Origin: a virus
Lineage: Duplodnaviria; Caudoviricetes
DNA length: 26,006 bases
Strand: one strand, 5' to 3'
Virus record (IMG/VR): IMGVR_UViG_3300032295_000150
Span: 1-26,006 of that record
Part shown: piece after piece, positions 1 to 7,239 of the stretch
Layout of the letters: each line of letters opens with the position of its first letter
Numbering within the stretch: position 1 is the stretch's first letter
Notes under the pieces: generated by a model
What the model was told of the DNA's origin: nothing
Databases searched by the model: none
The model's input: only the letters and a program-made list of their open reading frames with translations
Position numbers and translations under genes: made by a program

Positions 1-324
1 CAAAAGAATGCTTTGATTTTCGCCCAGCCAGTCTTGAGCAGATGCGCCAGCCTTGCTGGTATCGAAGTCAATGACGGCGAGACCGGTGCGGCTGCCGGTT
101 GGAATCCCAACGAGTGCGTCAGGGTGATTGGCCCAGAATCGACGTATCTGGGCTTCGTCTTGCGTGGCGTCTTTGAATCCGTTTTTGGTGAGCGGGCTTT
201 TTGCTTTGAGCGTGCGACCTTCTTGATCAGTTTCATCTTTCCTCCTGCATGGAAATACGGGGTACTTCTTCGCCAGCTCGAGGATACGCTCGACTGGCAC
301 GATTGCTGTCAATTCTGGTTTCAT
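1..324 (-). CDS. Bifunctional DNA primase/polymerase (Prim-Pol, AEP family), N-terminal part; runs off the left edge
   Basis: My translation from the ATG at 324 is MKPELTAIVPVERILELAKKYPVFPCRRKDETDQEGRTLKAKSPLTKNGFKDATQDEAQIRRFWANHPDALVGIPTGSRTGLAVIDFDTSKAG... It carries the Prim-Pol motifs YPVFPC, KxPxxxxGFKDAT, W..HP.A.VGIPTG and the catalytic DxD (IDFD). The start overlaps the Cro stop (ATGA). Not listed in the ORF track because there is no stop in the window. Confidence 0.9.
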   Translation of the reverse strand, partial: MKPELTAIVPVERILELAKKYPVFPCRRKDETDQEGRTLKAKSPLTKNGFKDATQDEAQIRRFWANHPDALVGIPTGSRTGLAVIDFDTSKAGASAQDWLGENQSILL

Positions 325-530
325 GGATAAAGATCCGGCCGCAGCTTCTGCCGAGACACCCCGCTTGCGACCTCGAGCGGAATGGCCTTCAGGGCAGGCA
401 CCCTACCCCTTTTTACCCAATACTGCACCGCCTGCTGGCTGACGCCTAGCTTCTTGGCCGTGGCCGTTTGTCCGCCCAATATGTCCACGGCGTGGAGCAG
501 GGCGATCGATTCGCTGGTTGGCTTTTTCAT
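321..530 (-). CDS. Cro-like (YdaS-type) helix-turn-helix regulator, 69 aa
   Basis: AVDILGGQTATAKKLGVSQQAVQYWVKRGRVP...VSRQKLRPDLYP is a typical Cro/YdaS HTH with the C-terminal LRPD motif. The ATG at 530 is preferred because the TTG at 539 lies inside the predicted promoter. Confidence 0.9.
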   Translation of the reverse strand: MKKPTSESIALLHAVDILGGQTATAKKLGVSQQAVQYWVKRGRVPALKAIPLEVASGVSRQKLRPDLYP

Positions 531-538
531 AGCCGACA

Positions 539-567
539 AACCTACCTTGTGCCTGTTTTGGGGTCAA
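539..567 (-). promoter_or_regulatory. Leftward sigma70-like promoter for the cro/prim-pol operon
   Basis: Minus strand reads TTGACC (567-562), a 17-bp spacer, then TAGGTT (544-539), 8 nt before the cro ATG. Confidence 0.6.
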
Positions 568-591
568 GCGAATTATTTTCACAAATGGGGC

Positions 592-620
592 TTGTGTTCT
601 GTTTTGCCGCTTGCTACATT
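592..620 (+). promoter_or_regulatory. Rightward sigma70-like promoter for the early operon
   Basis: TTGTGT (592-597), a 17-bp spacer, then TACATT (615-620) with an extended -10 TGn. It lies upstream of the AAGGAG RBS and the ATG at 669. Confidence 0.6.
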
Positions 621-668
621 CTTATCTCCCCGGCAGGGTGCCGGACGAAGCGATCAAAGGAGACTAAA

Positions 669-950
669 ATGTTTGACAAGTACGCAGAACACCTTCGCGA
701 TAGCGCCGCCGATGCCAGCCGCTTTGACGGCTTCGATCGTGGCGATCTTGGGAATGACGAGCCGGAAAACATTGAGGTTGTCATCGGCCGTATGCGCTGC
801 TGGCACGGTAAGGTTGAGGTTGTGGAAGTTAGCACTCTCACAGGCTCCGATTATTATGTTCGCGTCAACGACCGTATGGTCACTGACTTTATGGAGCGCG
901 ATCGCGCAATCCGAGTCGGTCGCTGGTGGGTCAACGGAGCGGCGGCCTAA
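669..950 (+). CDS. Hypothetical early protein, 93 aa (MFDKYAEHL...)
   Basis: AAGGAG Shine-Dalgarno at 657-662 precedes the ATG at 669; first gene after the rightward promoter. Confidence 0.75.
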   Translation: MFDKYAEHLRDSAADASRFDGFDRGDLGNDEPENIEVVIGRMRCWHGKVEVVEVSTLTGSDYYVRVNDRMVTDFMERDRAIRVGRWWVNGAAA

Positions 951-970
951 TGGCCGCCAAGGAGTCAACC

Positions 971-1168
971 ATGACCACCCTCACAGATCTCGAGTCAGTT
1001 CTTAAGTCCCACGATTGGTACTCGGAGTATTCCGACGACTACCGCGCATGGAAGAAGGGCTGGGACGAATCCCTGCGCATCAAGGCCATGCTGAACCAGC
1101 TCGCCTTTGACGGCCTCGGCAGCGAGGCGCAATCCTTGTACAGCAAGTATTCACCGAGGGCGAAGTGA
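971..1168 (+). CDS. Small phage protein, 65 aa (LKSHDWYSEYSDD motif)
   Basis: AAGGAG SD precedes the ATG at 971. The HDWxxxYSDD motif resembles a recurrent small early phage protein of unknown function. Confidence 0.75.
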   Translation: MTTLTDLESVLKSHDWYSEYSDDYRAWKKGWDESLRIKAMLNQLAFDGLGSEAQSLYSKYSPRAK

Positions 1169-1278
1169 TGGACATCTTCACGCTCACCCCGGCAGAACTG
1201 CCGCACGCCATCACGCTCATTAAGGTCTGCATCGTGTTCGCGGTGCTGGCAATCGCTGTCGCGATCTTCGAGCGATGA
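1168..1278 (+). CDS. Small membrane peptide, 36 aa
   Basis: MDIFTLTPAELPHAITLIKVCIVFAVLAIAVAIFER; TGATG coupling at both ends; one hydrophobic segment. Confidence 0.6.
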   Translation: MDIFTLTPAELPHAITLIKVCIVFAVLAIAVAIFER

Positions 1279-1391
1279 TGCGCTGGATCATCGACATCAT
1301 CCGCCGGCTGCAAAACAACCGGCAACATATTTGGCGGCAGGTTCCCCCGCCAAACTGGCGCTCCAGTCGGGGCGGCAGAGAATACTGGTGA
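1278..1391 (+). CDS. Small basic, Trp-rich peptide, 37 aa
   Basis: MRWIIDIIRRLQNNRQHIWRQVPPPNWRSSRGGREYW; TGATG-coupled to the upstream ORF and fills the gap before the SSB-like gene. Confidence 0.5.
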   Translation: MRWIIDIIRRLQNNRQHIWRQVPPPNWRSSRGGREYW

Positions 1392-1425
1392 GCCGTATAC
1401 ACAACGTATATACACGGAGTTAAAT

Positions 1426-2082
1426 ATGAGCATTTTCGTATCAGCATCAGCCGGCGGTAACTATCCCGAGCGCAAGCCGCTCGAGGCCGGCGCCTATGCC
1501 GCAGTCTGTGACATGGTCGTAGACCTAGGCGTGCAGGCCTCACCCGGCGGTCAGTTTGCGCCAAAGCGCACGCTGCTGCTGCGCTTTCAGATCCCCTCGG
1601 AGCGCGTCGAGATCACCAAGGATGGCGAGACCAAGAGCCTGCCCGCCGTGATCAGCCGCACCGTTGGCTTAAGCCTTAACGAGAAGGCCACGCTGCGCCA
1701 GTTGCTGCAATCGTGGCGCGGCCGTGCATTCACCCCGGACGAACTCAAGAAGTTTGATCTGGTCAACGTGCTCGGCAAGCCGGCCTTCATCAACGTAACG
1801 CACAGCGTTAAAGGCGAGAAGACTTACGCCAATCTGACCAGCATCATGCCGCTTCCGAAGGGCATGACGCCACCAGCGCTCGAGGGCGAGGCGCTTTGGT
1901 ATACACCAGACGCACCAAACCCCGACACGTTCGACAAGCTGCCGACGTGGGTGCAGGACAAGATCGCTGGCCGCATCATCGACCCGCCGACGCTGCCGAA
2001 GGCGGCGCCTGCTGCGGCGAAGCCGGTGGTCAACCAAGAGCACCGCGTCGAAGACTTCAAAGACGACGATCTGAGCTTCTGA
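1426..2082 (+). CDS. Putative phage single-stranded DNA-binding/replication protein (NGO0469-like family)
   Basis: GGAG SD; motifs GAYAAVCDMVVDLG, LSLNEKATLR...SWRGRAFT and FDLxxxLGKP; Pro/Ala linker and acidic aromatic-ending tail DDDLSF typical of SSBs; adjacent to an exonuclease. Confidence 0.7.
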   Translation: MSIFVSASAGGNYPERKPLEAGAYAAVCDMVVDLGVQASPGGQFAPKRTLLLRFQIPSERVEITKDGETKSLPAVISRTVGLSLNEKATLRQLLQSWRGRAFTPDELKKFDLVNVLGKPAFINVTHSVKGEKTYANLTSIMPLPKGMTPPALEGEALWYTPDAPNPDTFDKLPTWVQDKIAGRIIDPPTLPKAAPAAAKPVVNQEHRVEDFKDDDLSF

Positions 2083-2789
2083 TGGCTACCGCACGATACG
2101 GTTACAAACTGGCGGACGGCACGAAAGTGCCGTCTGTCACCACCATCCTCAAGATTAAAGATCCCGGTGCACTCCTGAACTGGGCGTATAAGACCGGCCG
2201 AGCACACGGCGTGCTGGAGGGATCGGGTAAGGAAGCCCCGGCCGGTCTGTACGATGGCAACGATGCGCTGCCGATCGGCACCTGCGTGCACGAGATGTGC
2301 GAGGTGTTCGTGAAGGGCAAAGATCCTTTGGCGCACCTCGAGGCCACGATGGAGAAGGTAAAGACGCTTGACCCGGCTGCGTTTCGTGCGCAGGTGGTCA
2401 GTGCTTACAGCGCCTTTGAGTTCTGGTGCAAGGGCACGCAGCTCGAGATCATCGACTGCGAGGTGCCGGTGTTGTCCGAGACGCACCGCTACGGCGGTAC
2501 GCTCGACTTCATTGGCAAGCTCAACGGCAAGTTGGTGCTGGGCGACTTCAAGACTTCGGGTGGCGTCTACCCTGAGTACCTGATCCAGTTGGTCGCATAC
2601 GCCAAGGCTTACGAAGAGTGCACCGGCAACAAGATCGACGGCGGGTATCACTTGCTGCGGTTCTCAAAAGAGAATGGCGACTTCGGTCACCACTACTACC
2701 CGTCGCTCGATGATGATGCCTGGCCGGCGTTCCTAAACCTGCGATCGTTGTATGATCTGATGGAACGGCTTAAAAAGAGGGCAGCATGA
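2082..2789 (+). CDS. PD-(D/E)XK exonuclease (Cas4/YqaJ-like phage nuclease), 235 aa
   Basis: PSVTTIL, GTxVH, E..., GTLD, GDFKTS and QLxAY motifs. The ATG at 2082 overlaps the upstream TGA. Confidence 0.88.
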   Translation: MATARYGYKLADGTKVPSVTTILKIKDPGALLNWAYKTGRAHGVLEGSGKEAPAGLYDGNDALPIGTCVHEMCEVFVKGKDPLAHLEATMEKVKTLDPAAFRAQVVSAYSAFEFWCKGTQLEIIDCEVPVLSETHRYGGTLDFIGKLNGKLVLGDFKTSGGVYPEYLIQLVAYAKAYEECTGNKIDGGYHLLRFSKENGDFGHHYYPSLDDDAWPAFLNLRSLYDLMERLKKRAA

Positions 2790-2926
2790 AAAACGAAGAC
2801 ATGAAAGATTACGCTGCATGGGCGTTTTCAATCGTTGCCGTGATGGCTCTTGCGCTTCTCGGCGCTGTGGTCGGCGGTGCTATCCTCGGCGTGTTCGTCA
2901 AGACCATGTTATGGGTAGCAGCATGA
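2786..2926 (+). CDS. Small membrane protein, 46 aa
   Basis: MKNEDMKDYAAWAFSIVAVMALALLGAVVGGAILGVFVKTMLWVAA; ATGA overlaps at both ends; GAGG SD. Confidence 0.7.
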   Translation: MKNEDMKDYAAWAFSIVAVMALALLGAVVGGAILGVFVKTMLWVAA

Positions 2927-3354
2927 GCGGGCCAGACTTTTATGTATCGCCGGAGGAGTTCGACAAGATGCTGCGCGGCGATCATGATGAGGATGTGGTC
3001 AACAACCCGAGTCACTACAAGCTCGATGTTGACGGCCATCAGGTCGAGGCGATCGACATCATCCGTGCGGTGGTAGGCGAGGAGGGATTCGTCGCCTACT
3101 GCCACGGCTCGGCGTTGAAGTACCTGTGCCGTGCTGGTCGCAAGGCTGACAATGCGATGGCGCAGGATCTGCGCAAGGCGGCGTGGTTCTTGACTGCTGC
3201 GGCTTGTGATCTGGAGGCGATGGAAGAGCTGCACGGCTACGAGCGCAGATCCTCTGGCAAGATCACTCGCGAGCAGATCATCGACATCTGGAACCAAGAC
3301 AGGTTGCAGGAAGCGCTCGATGTGGGCCGCAGGATCAACGAAGGGAAATACTAG
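2923..3354 (+). CDS. DUF3310 (SaV-like, T7 gp1.7-related) domain protein, 143 aa
   Basis: VNNPSHY...EAIDII...GSALKYLCRAGRK...DLRKAAWFL signature; ATG at 2923 coupled to the upstream stop. Confidence 0.88.
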   Translation: MSGPDFYVSPEEFDKMLRGDHDEDVVNNPSHYKLDVDGHQVEAIDIIRAVVGEEGFVAYCHGSALKYLCRAGRKADNAMAQDLRKAAWFLTAAACDLEAMEELHGYERRSSGKITREQIIDIWNQDRLQEALDVGRRINEGKY

Positions 3355-3421
3355 AACCTAGAGACCAAGTCGCGTGAGTTGCTACACGGAGAGCCGGCCC
3401 CGTCGCGACAGCCGGCCACTT

Positions 3422-3697
3422 ATGATCGACGACAAGAGTGAAGGTGGATCATGGCGCCGAGAGTACCTGGCGCGATCGCTATCGATTAGCCAGTTGCGCG
3501 AGGTGGTCAGCGAGCTGGAGTATTGTCTAGCCGTCGAGCGGCGCCGCAACAAAGAACTCGGCAAAGAGTTGGCCGACTCTGTCGCGTCTTACCTGAAACT
3601 GACTGGGGAGATGATGGCGCTCAAGCGCCGTATTTCCGACGCAGATAATCCATCCGCAGCGGCATCAGGTCGTAATCCCCCTTCTTCACCCCATTGA
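3422..3697 (+). CDS. Hypothetical coiled-coil protein, about 91 aa
   Basis: Helical heptad-like sequence; last gene of the plus-strand operon; 3' end overlaps the convergent phosphoesterase gene. Start is uncertain (GTG 3374 versus ATG 3422). Confidence 0.55.
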   Translation: MIDDKSEGGSWRREYLARSLSISQLREVVSELEYCLAVERRRNKELGKELADSVASYLKLTGEMMALKRRISDADNPSAAASGRNPPSSPH

Positions 3698-4367
3698 GCA
3701 CCACGATCCCGTTCCACTCGCTTGTCTGTACATCGTCCGGACGATAGCCCTCGCTCTCAAGGTAGAAGCGCCCAGCGACCAGCCCATGCTTGACATGGTC
3801 AGGGTATTGCTTTGAGGCGTACAGGAAGCCCTGCTGGTGGCCCTGCACGAATGACTTGCCGATGTTGTTGAGGCGGCTGACGATCGTGCCGCCGATAGGC
3901 TTACCGCTGAACGGGTTCGGGAAGTAATGACAATAAGCGATCCCGTCGATCTCCACGATCTTTAGAAACTTGTGCCGCTCCCAGTCCAGCGTCTGGCAGT
4001 TCTGCGAGCCGATAATGCCCTGCCACTTTGGGTCATTCTTGGCGATGCGGTTTGCGCGGTTCTCGTGGTTGCCCTCGAGGAATACTTTGCGCGGCTTCCA
4101 CGTCTTGCTGCGTGACTTCTTAAAGTAAGAATTTAGAAGACGGAAAGCCTCGTTCCCAGCGTCCACGTCAGCCTGATAGCGCGCACCTTCTAACTCTGCG
4201 CTGCCCTTCTCTGCGTGGCTGTTGAGGCTCGGGAAGTCCCACCAGTCGCCGAGACACACCACCACGTCAGGGCGGTACTCGAGGATCGCCTCGCCTGCCC
4301 AGTGTATGTGCGCCGTGTTTGACTCTGGCCGAATCTGTGTGTCAGGGATGATGAGGTGGCGTTTCAT
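3621..4367 (-). CDS. Calcineurin-like metallophosphoesterase
   Basis: Motifs PDTQ (DxH variant), GDWWD, GNHE, CH and GHQQ (GHxH variant). Confidence 0.9.
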   Translation of the reverse strand: MKRHLIIPDTQIRPESNTAHIHWAGEAILEYRPDVVVCLGDWWDFPSLNSHAEKGSAELEGARYQADVDAGNEAFRLLNSYFKKSRSKTWKPRKVFLEGNHENRANRIAKNDPKWQGIIGSQNCQTLDWERHKFLKIVEIDGIAYCHYFPNPFSGKPIGGTIVSRLNNIGKSFVQGHQQGFLYASKQYPDHVKHGLVAGRFYLESEGYRPDDVQTSEWNGIVVLNGVKKGDYDLMPLRMDYLRRKYGA

Positions 4368-4666
4368 TCCATGGTGGTCAGCATCTGCTGGAGCAGGTGC
4401 CCTAATCGATCGACGAGTTGCTCGTCGCGCGACAGGTCATCGTGTCCTGCTATGTCCAGCATCGCGTGTATTGCCTCATGGCAAAACACCTGCTGACGAT
4501 TAGATCCTTTGCAGCTTGAGAGGAGTTCGATCTTGTAGTCGCCGGGGAGCCAGATCCCGACGCAGTTCTTGCCGTGCTTCCACTTGCGCGGCGTGATGAC
4601 ATTGACCGCAATCGTGTGCCCTGCGAGCTGGAACTGCTGCGGCACACCATCGCTGCGCGGTGTCAT
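4364..4666 (-). CDS. Small HEXXH zinc-metallopeptidase-like phage protein, 100 aa
   Basis: QVFCHEAIHAML followed by DEQLVDRL. The ATG at 4666 overlaps the lysozyme stop, and its own stop overlaps the phosphoesterase start. Confidence 0.7.
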   Translation of the reverse strand: MTPRSDGVPQQFQLAGHTIAVNVITPRKWKHGKNCVGIWLPGDYKIELLSSCKGSNRQQVFCHEAIHAMLDIAGHDDLSRDEQLVDRLGHLLQQMLTTME

Positions 4667-5121
4667 GGCAGCAAGGCCGCTTCCGCTTTTCGGCGACGCA
4701 CCAGCCCCGGCAGTTCGCGACCGCCGGCCTTTGTCCATCGCATCAACTGAAGCCTTGCCTCGTCCCATTGCTCTGCCTCCATTCGTTTTCGTAACGTACT
4801 GGATCGGTATCTCGGGACGCCAAGATTGTAAGCAAAATCAATGGCCGCCGCCAACACCCTCGGGTGATTGATGAGGTTCGGCGAGGCTCTCAACACCCCG
4901 GCGCCGTAATTAGTCCGCAGCTCGGACAAAAGCCACTGATCGGCCAATTCACGGCTGATCGGTGGATCATCCATTGATACCTTGGTGCCGTCTGGCTTGT
5001 AGACCGTGCCCCAGCCCTGTGTAGGAAATCCAGCAGGGCAAATATACGGCTTACTTCTAAATCCCTCGAAGTGTCTGCAAAGCTCGGCGGCTAGATTGAT
5101 AGCCTCATCGAGTGCGTTCAT
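4663..5121 (-). CDS. Endolysin, GH24 phage lysozyme
   Basis: Catalytic E-x8-C-x5-T (EGFRSKPYICPAGFPT), FAYNLG, STL and GLVRRRKAE motifs; no hydrophobic SAR N-terminus. Confidence 0.93.
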   Translation of the reverse strand: MNALDEAINLAAELCRHFEGFRSKPYICPAGFPTQGWGTVYKPDGTKVSMDDPPISRELADQWLLSELRTNYGAGVLRASPNLINHPRVLAAAIDFAYNLGVPRYRSSTLRKRMEAEQWDEARLQLMRWTKAGGRELPGLVRRRKAEAALLP

Positions 5122-5572
5122 AGACGCGACCGACAAACCAGAAACTGAGCACCATGTTCAGAACGGCCATATCGTCGACGCCCCACATCGTGAGCGCGAC
5201 CTGCTTCCAATCGCCGTTCTGTTCGAGCGCGATCAGGAATGCGGCAATCTTCACGGCAGCATAGGCCATGACGAAGAGGTAGGTCACGAACGGCCGCACC
5301 AGTGCAGACACCGCGGCCACCCACTTGCCGGCTGCTCGCGCCGTGGCGCTCTGCTCTTTGAACGCCTCGCCGATCGCATCGACCTCGGCCATCGTCATCT
5401 GCGCCTCGGTCTGGCGCATGGCGATCTCGCCCTTCACTTGGGCGAACTTCATCTCGGCCTCGACCATTCGCAGTTCGTGACCGCGCTCGTTCTTGGCGTC
5501 AAAGAACTTGAGCACCTCTGGAGCCAGTCGCAGCACGCCACCGAATACGCCACCCATGAGTGTCTCGAGCAT
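5105..5572 (-). CDS. Holin-like membrane protein (resembles the 3TM/GTA holin family)
   Basis: N-terminal amphipathic segment, coiled coil, VRPFVTY plus TM helix, and C-terminal FWFVGR; immediately upstream of the lysozyme. Confidence 0.65.
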   Translation of the reverse strand: MLETLMGGVFGGVLRLAPEVLKFFDAKNERGHELRMVEAEMKFAQVKGEIAMRQTEAQMTMAEVDAIGEAFKEQSATARAAGKWVAAVSALVRPFVTYLFVMAYAAVKIAAFLIALEQNGDWKQVALTMWGVDDMAVLNMVLSFWFVGRVYERTR

Positions 5573-5574
5573 GA

Positions 5575-5724
5575 TTATCTGCCTTTGTTAATCAGATCGA
5601 AAATGGACTTGACCTTCTCCTCGAGCACCGCCACGCGCAGGTCGAGCTTTGACAGCACGATGATCAGCGTGATGATGGCAAGGATAATCGGCCATGCGCG
5701 GGTGAAGATCTCGAAGATGTCCAT
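5575..5724 (-). CDS. Small single-TM protein, 49 aa (possible holin/antiholin)
   Basis: MDIFEIFTRAWPIILAIITLIIVLSKLDLRVAVLEEKVKSIFDLINKGR; AGGGGG SD-like sequence upstream; first gene of the lysis cassette; below the ORF track cutoff. Confidence 0.7.
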   Translation of the reverse strand: MDIFEIFTRAWPIILAIITLIIVLSKLDLRVAVLEEKVKSIFDLINKGR

Positions 5725-5739
5725 CTGACCCCCTAGTGT

Positions 5740-7239
5740 TTATCGACCAGCCGCCGCTCTACGCTTGCGCTGCTCTTCTTCTGTCTCTGCGCCCAACAGT
5801 CCGGCGCCGGCACCAAACGCTCGCCCCGGCACGCCCGGATACGGACGCGACAAGACATTCTGAACTGGCTCGCTCAAAAGCCCTCGAGTCATGCCGCGTC
5901 GCAACAATGGGATGGATGCGCCGACAGCCGCCATCAGGGGATCTTGCGCCAAGTAGCCAGCGCCAAGGCCGCCGCCAAACAATCCCAAGTCAAGTGCAGT
6001 CACGCCAGTGCTGTCTCTGCGTGGCGTCATGGATCGTGGGAAAGCGCTGCCCATGCGAGCAATCAACTCAAGCTCGCCAGACAAAGGCTCGCCATTGGCA
6101 AGCAATCGAGCGAACACTTGCGGGTTGACTTCCCCAGTTGAGAAGTTAGTCGCGGCCTCTACGTCGTGAGACTTGGCGATTGTCGTGCGTGCGTTGTTGA
6201 ACTGGTCTGCAAGGTCATCACGGCCAATGCGGCGAAGATGCCGAAGGATGACATTCTCTAAAGCATTGGCGGCAGCTCGTTGCGCCATGCCGAGGTTCGC
6301 GTTTTTGGCTTCCTGAGACTGCATGTTCTTCGTTGCGTCGTTACGCAGTTGGCGCAACAGCAACATGGCAGAGTCAGCAGAGAAGTTGTTCTGATCAAGA
6401 TCTTTTGCGAGCTTAGAGACTTCTTCTCTTGCGCCAACATTCAGATCACCAAAGTCCTGTGCAATTTTCTGCACATTCAATGCAATGGCATTGATGTCCG
6501 ACTTGTACTGCGGGTCTGCCGCTATGCGGCCAGTTCCAGTGATGTCTCGGTATACCTTGCCAGCTTCTGCTCGCACTGCACTGAGCGAAGACTGCGTAAT
6601 GGGCTGATTCTCGCTCAACCCAAGAGCACGCGCGGCAAGTCGGTTTGTCACATCTTGGTTGCGCTCCGAAGCCACCTCTGCCGTCAAGCGCTTACCGCTA
6701 AAGCTCTCGGCAACTTGAGTCGGCACATCTGATCTGACCGACGCAGGCGGAACAACGTACCCCTGCCCTCTTCCTTCAAAGAACGTGTCTTCTTTTGGGA
6801 TAGGCACTCGCATGTTTTGCGGAGTAGCCAGCGGGCCTGCTGCTCGAGCAGCAGATGACGTGGCCGTACCAGAAGATCGAAGCACGGCCATAGCCGCCAT
6901 CGGATCAATTCGCGATCCGCTCAGTGCGGACTGAACCATGCCAGAGCCACGCTCAAGAGTAGTCTCTGCTTCCGGCAATCCGGCGCGAGTCATTAAGTTT
7001 TGAAGAGCTGTGCTTGGCATGTCCTGCCGCATGTTTGATGGCAGTAGCGCATTGATTCCACTCATAGTCACGTCTGCGGCAAGGCCGGGAAGCCCTGTGA
7101 CTCCGGTGATGACATTGCGAGCTGTCAGGCCAAGCTGGCGCGGCATCTGCTTGAGCACATCTCTTGTGTACTCAATAGCAGATCCGCCGTTTTCATCTTT
7201 CTTGGATTTGCCAATTACTTCGTCATTTCCGTAGCTCAT
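5740..7239 (-). CDS. Putative ejection (DNA transfer/internal virion) protein, 499 aa
   Basis: Ala/Gly-rich helical protein with a C-terminal hydrophobic GLFGGGLGAG segment; last of the large genes after the nozzle, the position of podovirus ejection proteins. Confidence 0.65.
   Translation of the reverse strand: MSYGNDEVIGKSKKDENGGSAIEYTRDVLKQMPRQLGLTARNVITGVTGLPGLAADVTMSGINALLPSNMRQDMPSTALQNLMTRAGLPEAETTLERGSGMVQSALSGSRIDPMAAMAVLRSSGTATSSAARAAGPLATPQNMRVPIPKEDTFFEGRGQGYVVPPASVRSDVPTQVAESFSGKRLTAEVASERNQDVTNRLAARALGLSENQPITQSSLSAVRAEAGKVYRDITGTGRIAADPQYKSDINAIALNVQKIAQDFGDLNVGAREEVSKLAKDLDQNNFSADSAMLLLRQLRNDATKNMQSQEAKNANLGMAQRAAANALENVILRHLRRIGRDDLADQFNNARTTIAKSHDVEAATNFSTGEVNPQVFARLLANGEPLSGELELIARMGSAFPRSMTPRRDSTGVTALDLGLFGGGLGAGYLAQDPLMAAVGASIPLLRRGMTRGLLSEPVQNVLSRPYPGVPGRAFGAGAGLLGAETEEEQRKRRAAAGR

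Noticed and set aside
13-330. Plus-strand 105-aa ORF (also 382..1005)
   Set aside because: They are antisense to prim-pol/cro or cross the promoter region; the opposite-strand genes have clear family motifs.
1394-1417. Short GTATAC/GTATATAC quasi-palindromes before the SSB-like gene as an origin or operator
   Set aside because: They are too short and imperfect, with no iteron array or extended AT-rich tract.
1824-2651. 275-aa antisense ORF, and similar plus-strand ORFs such as 14165..14968, 17584..18393 and 20170..20946
   Set aside because: These are shadow ORFs opposite well-supported genes in GC-rich DNA, with no motifs.
2082-2789. Cas4-like nuclease as evidence of a CRISPR system
   Set aside because: It is a stand-alone PD-(D/E)XK exonuclease beside an SSB-like gene, lacks the four-Cys Fe-S pattern, and has no array nearby.
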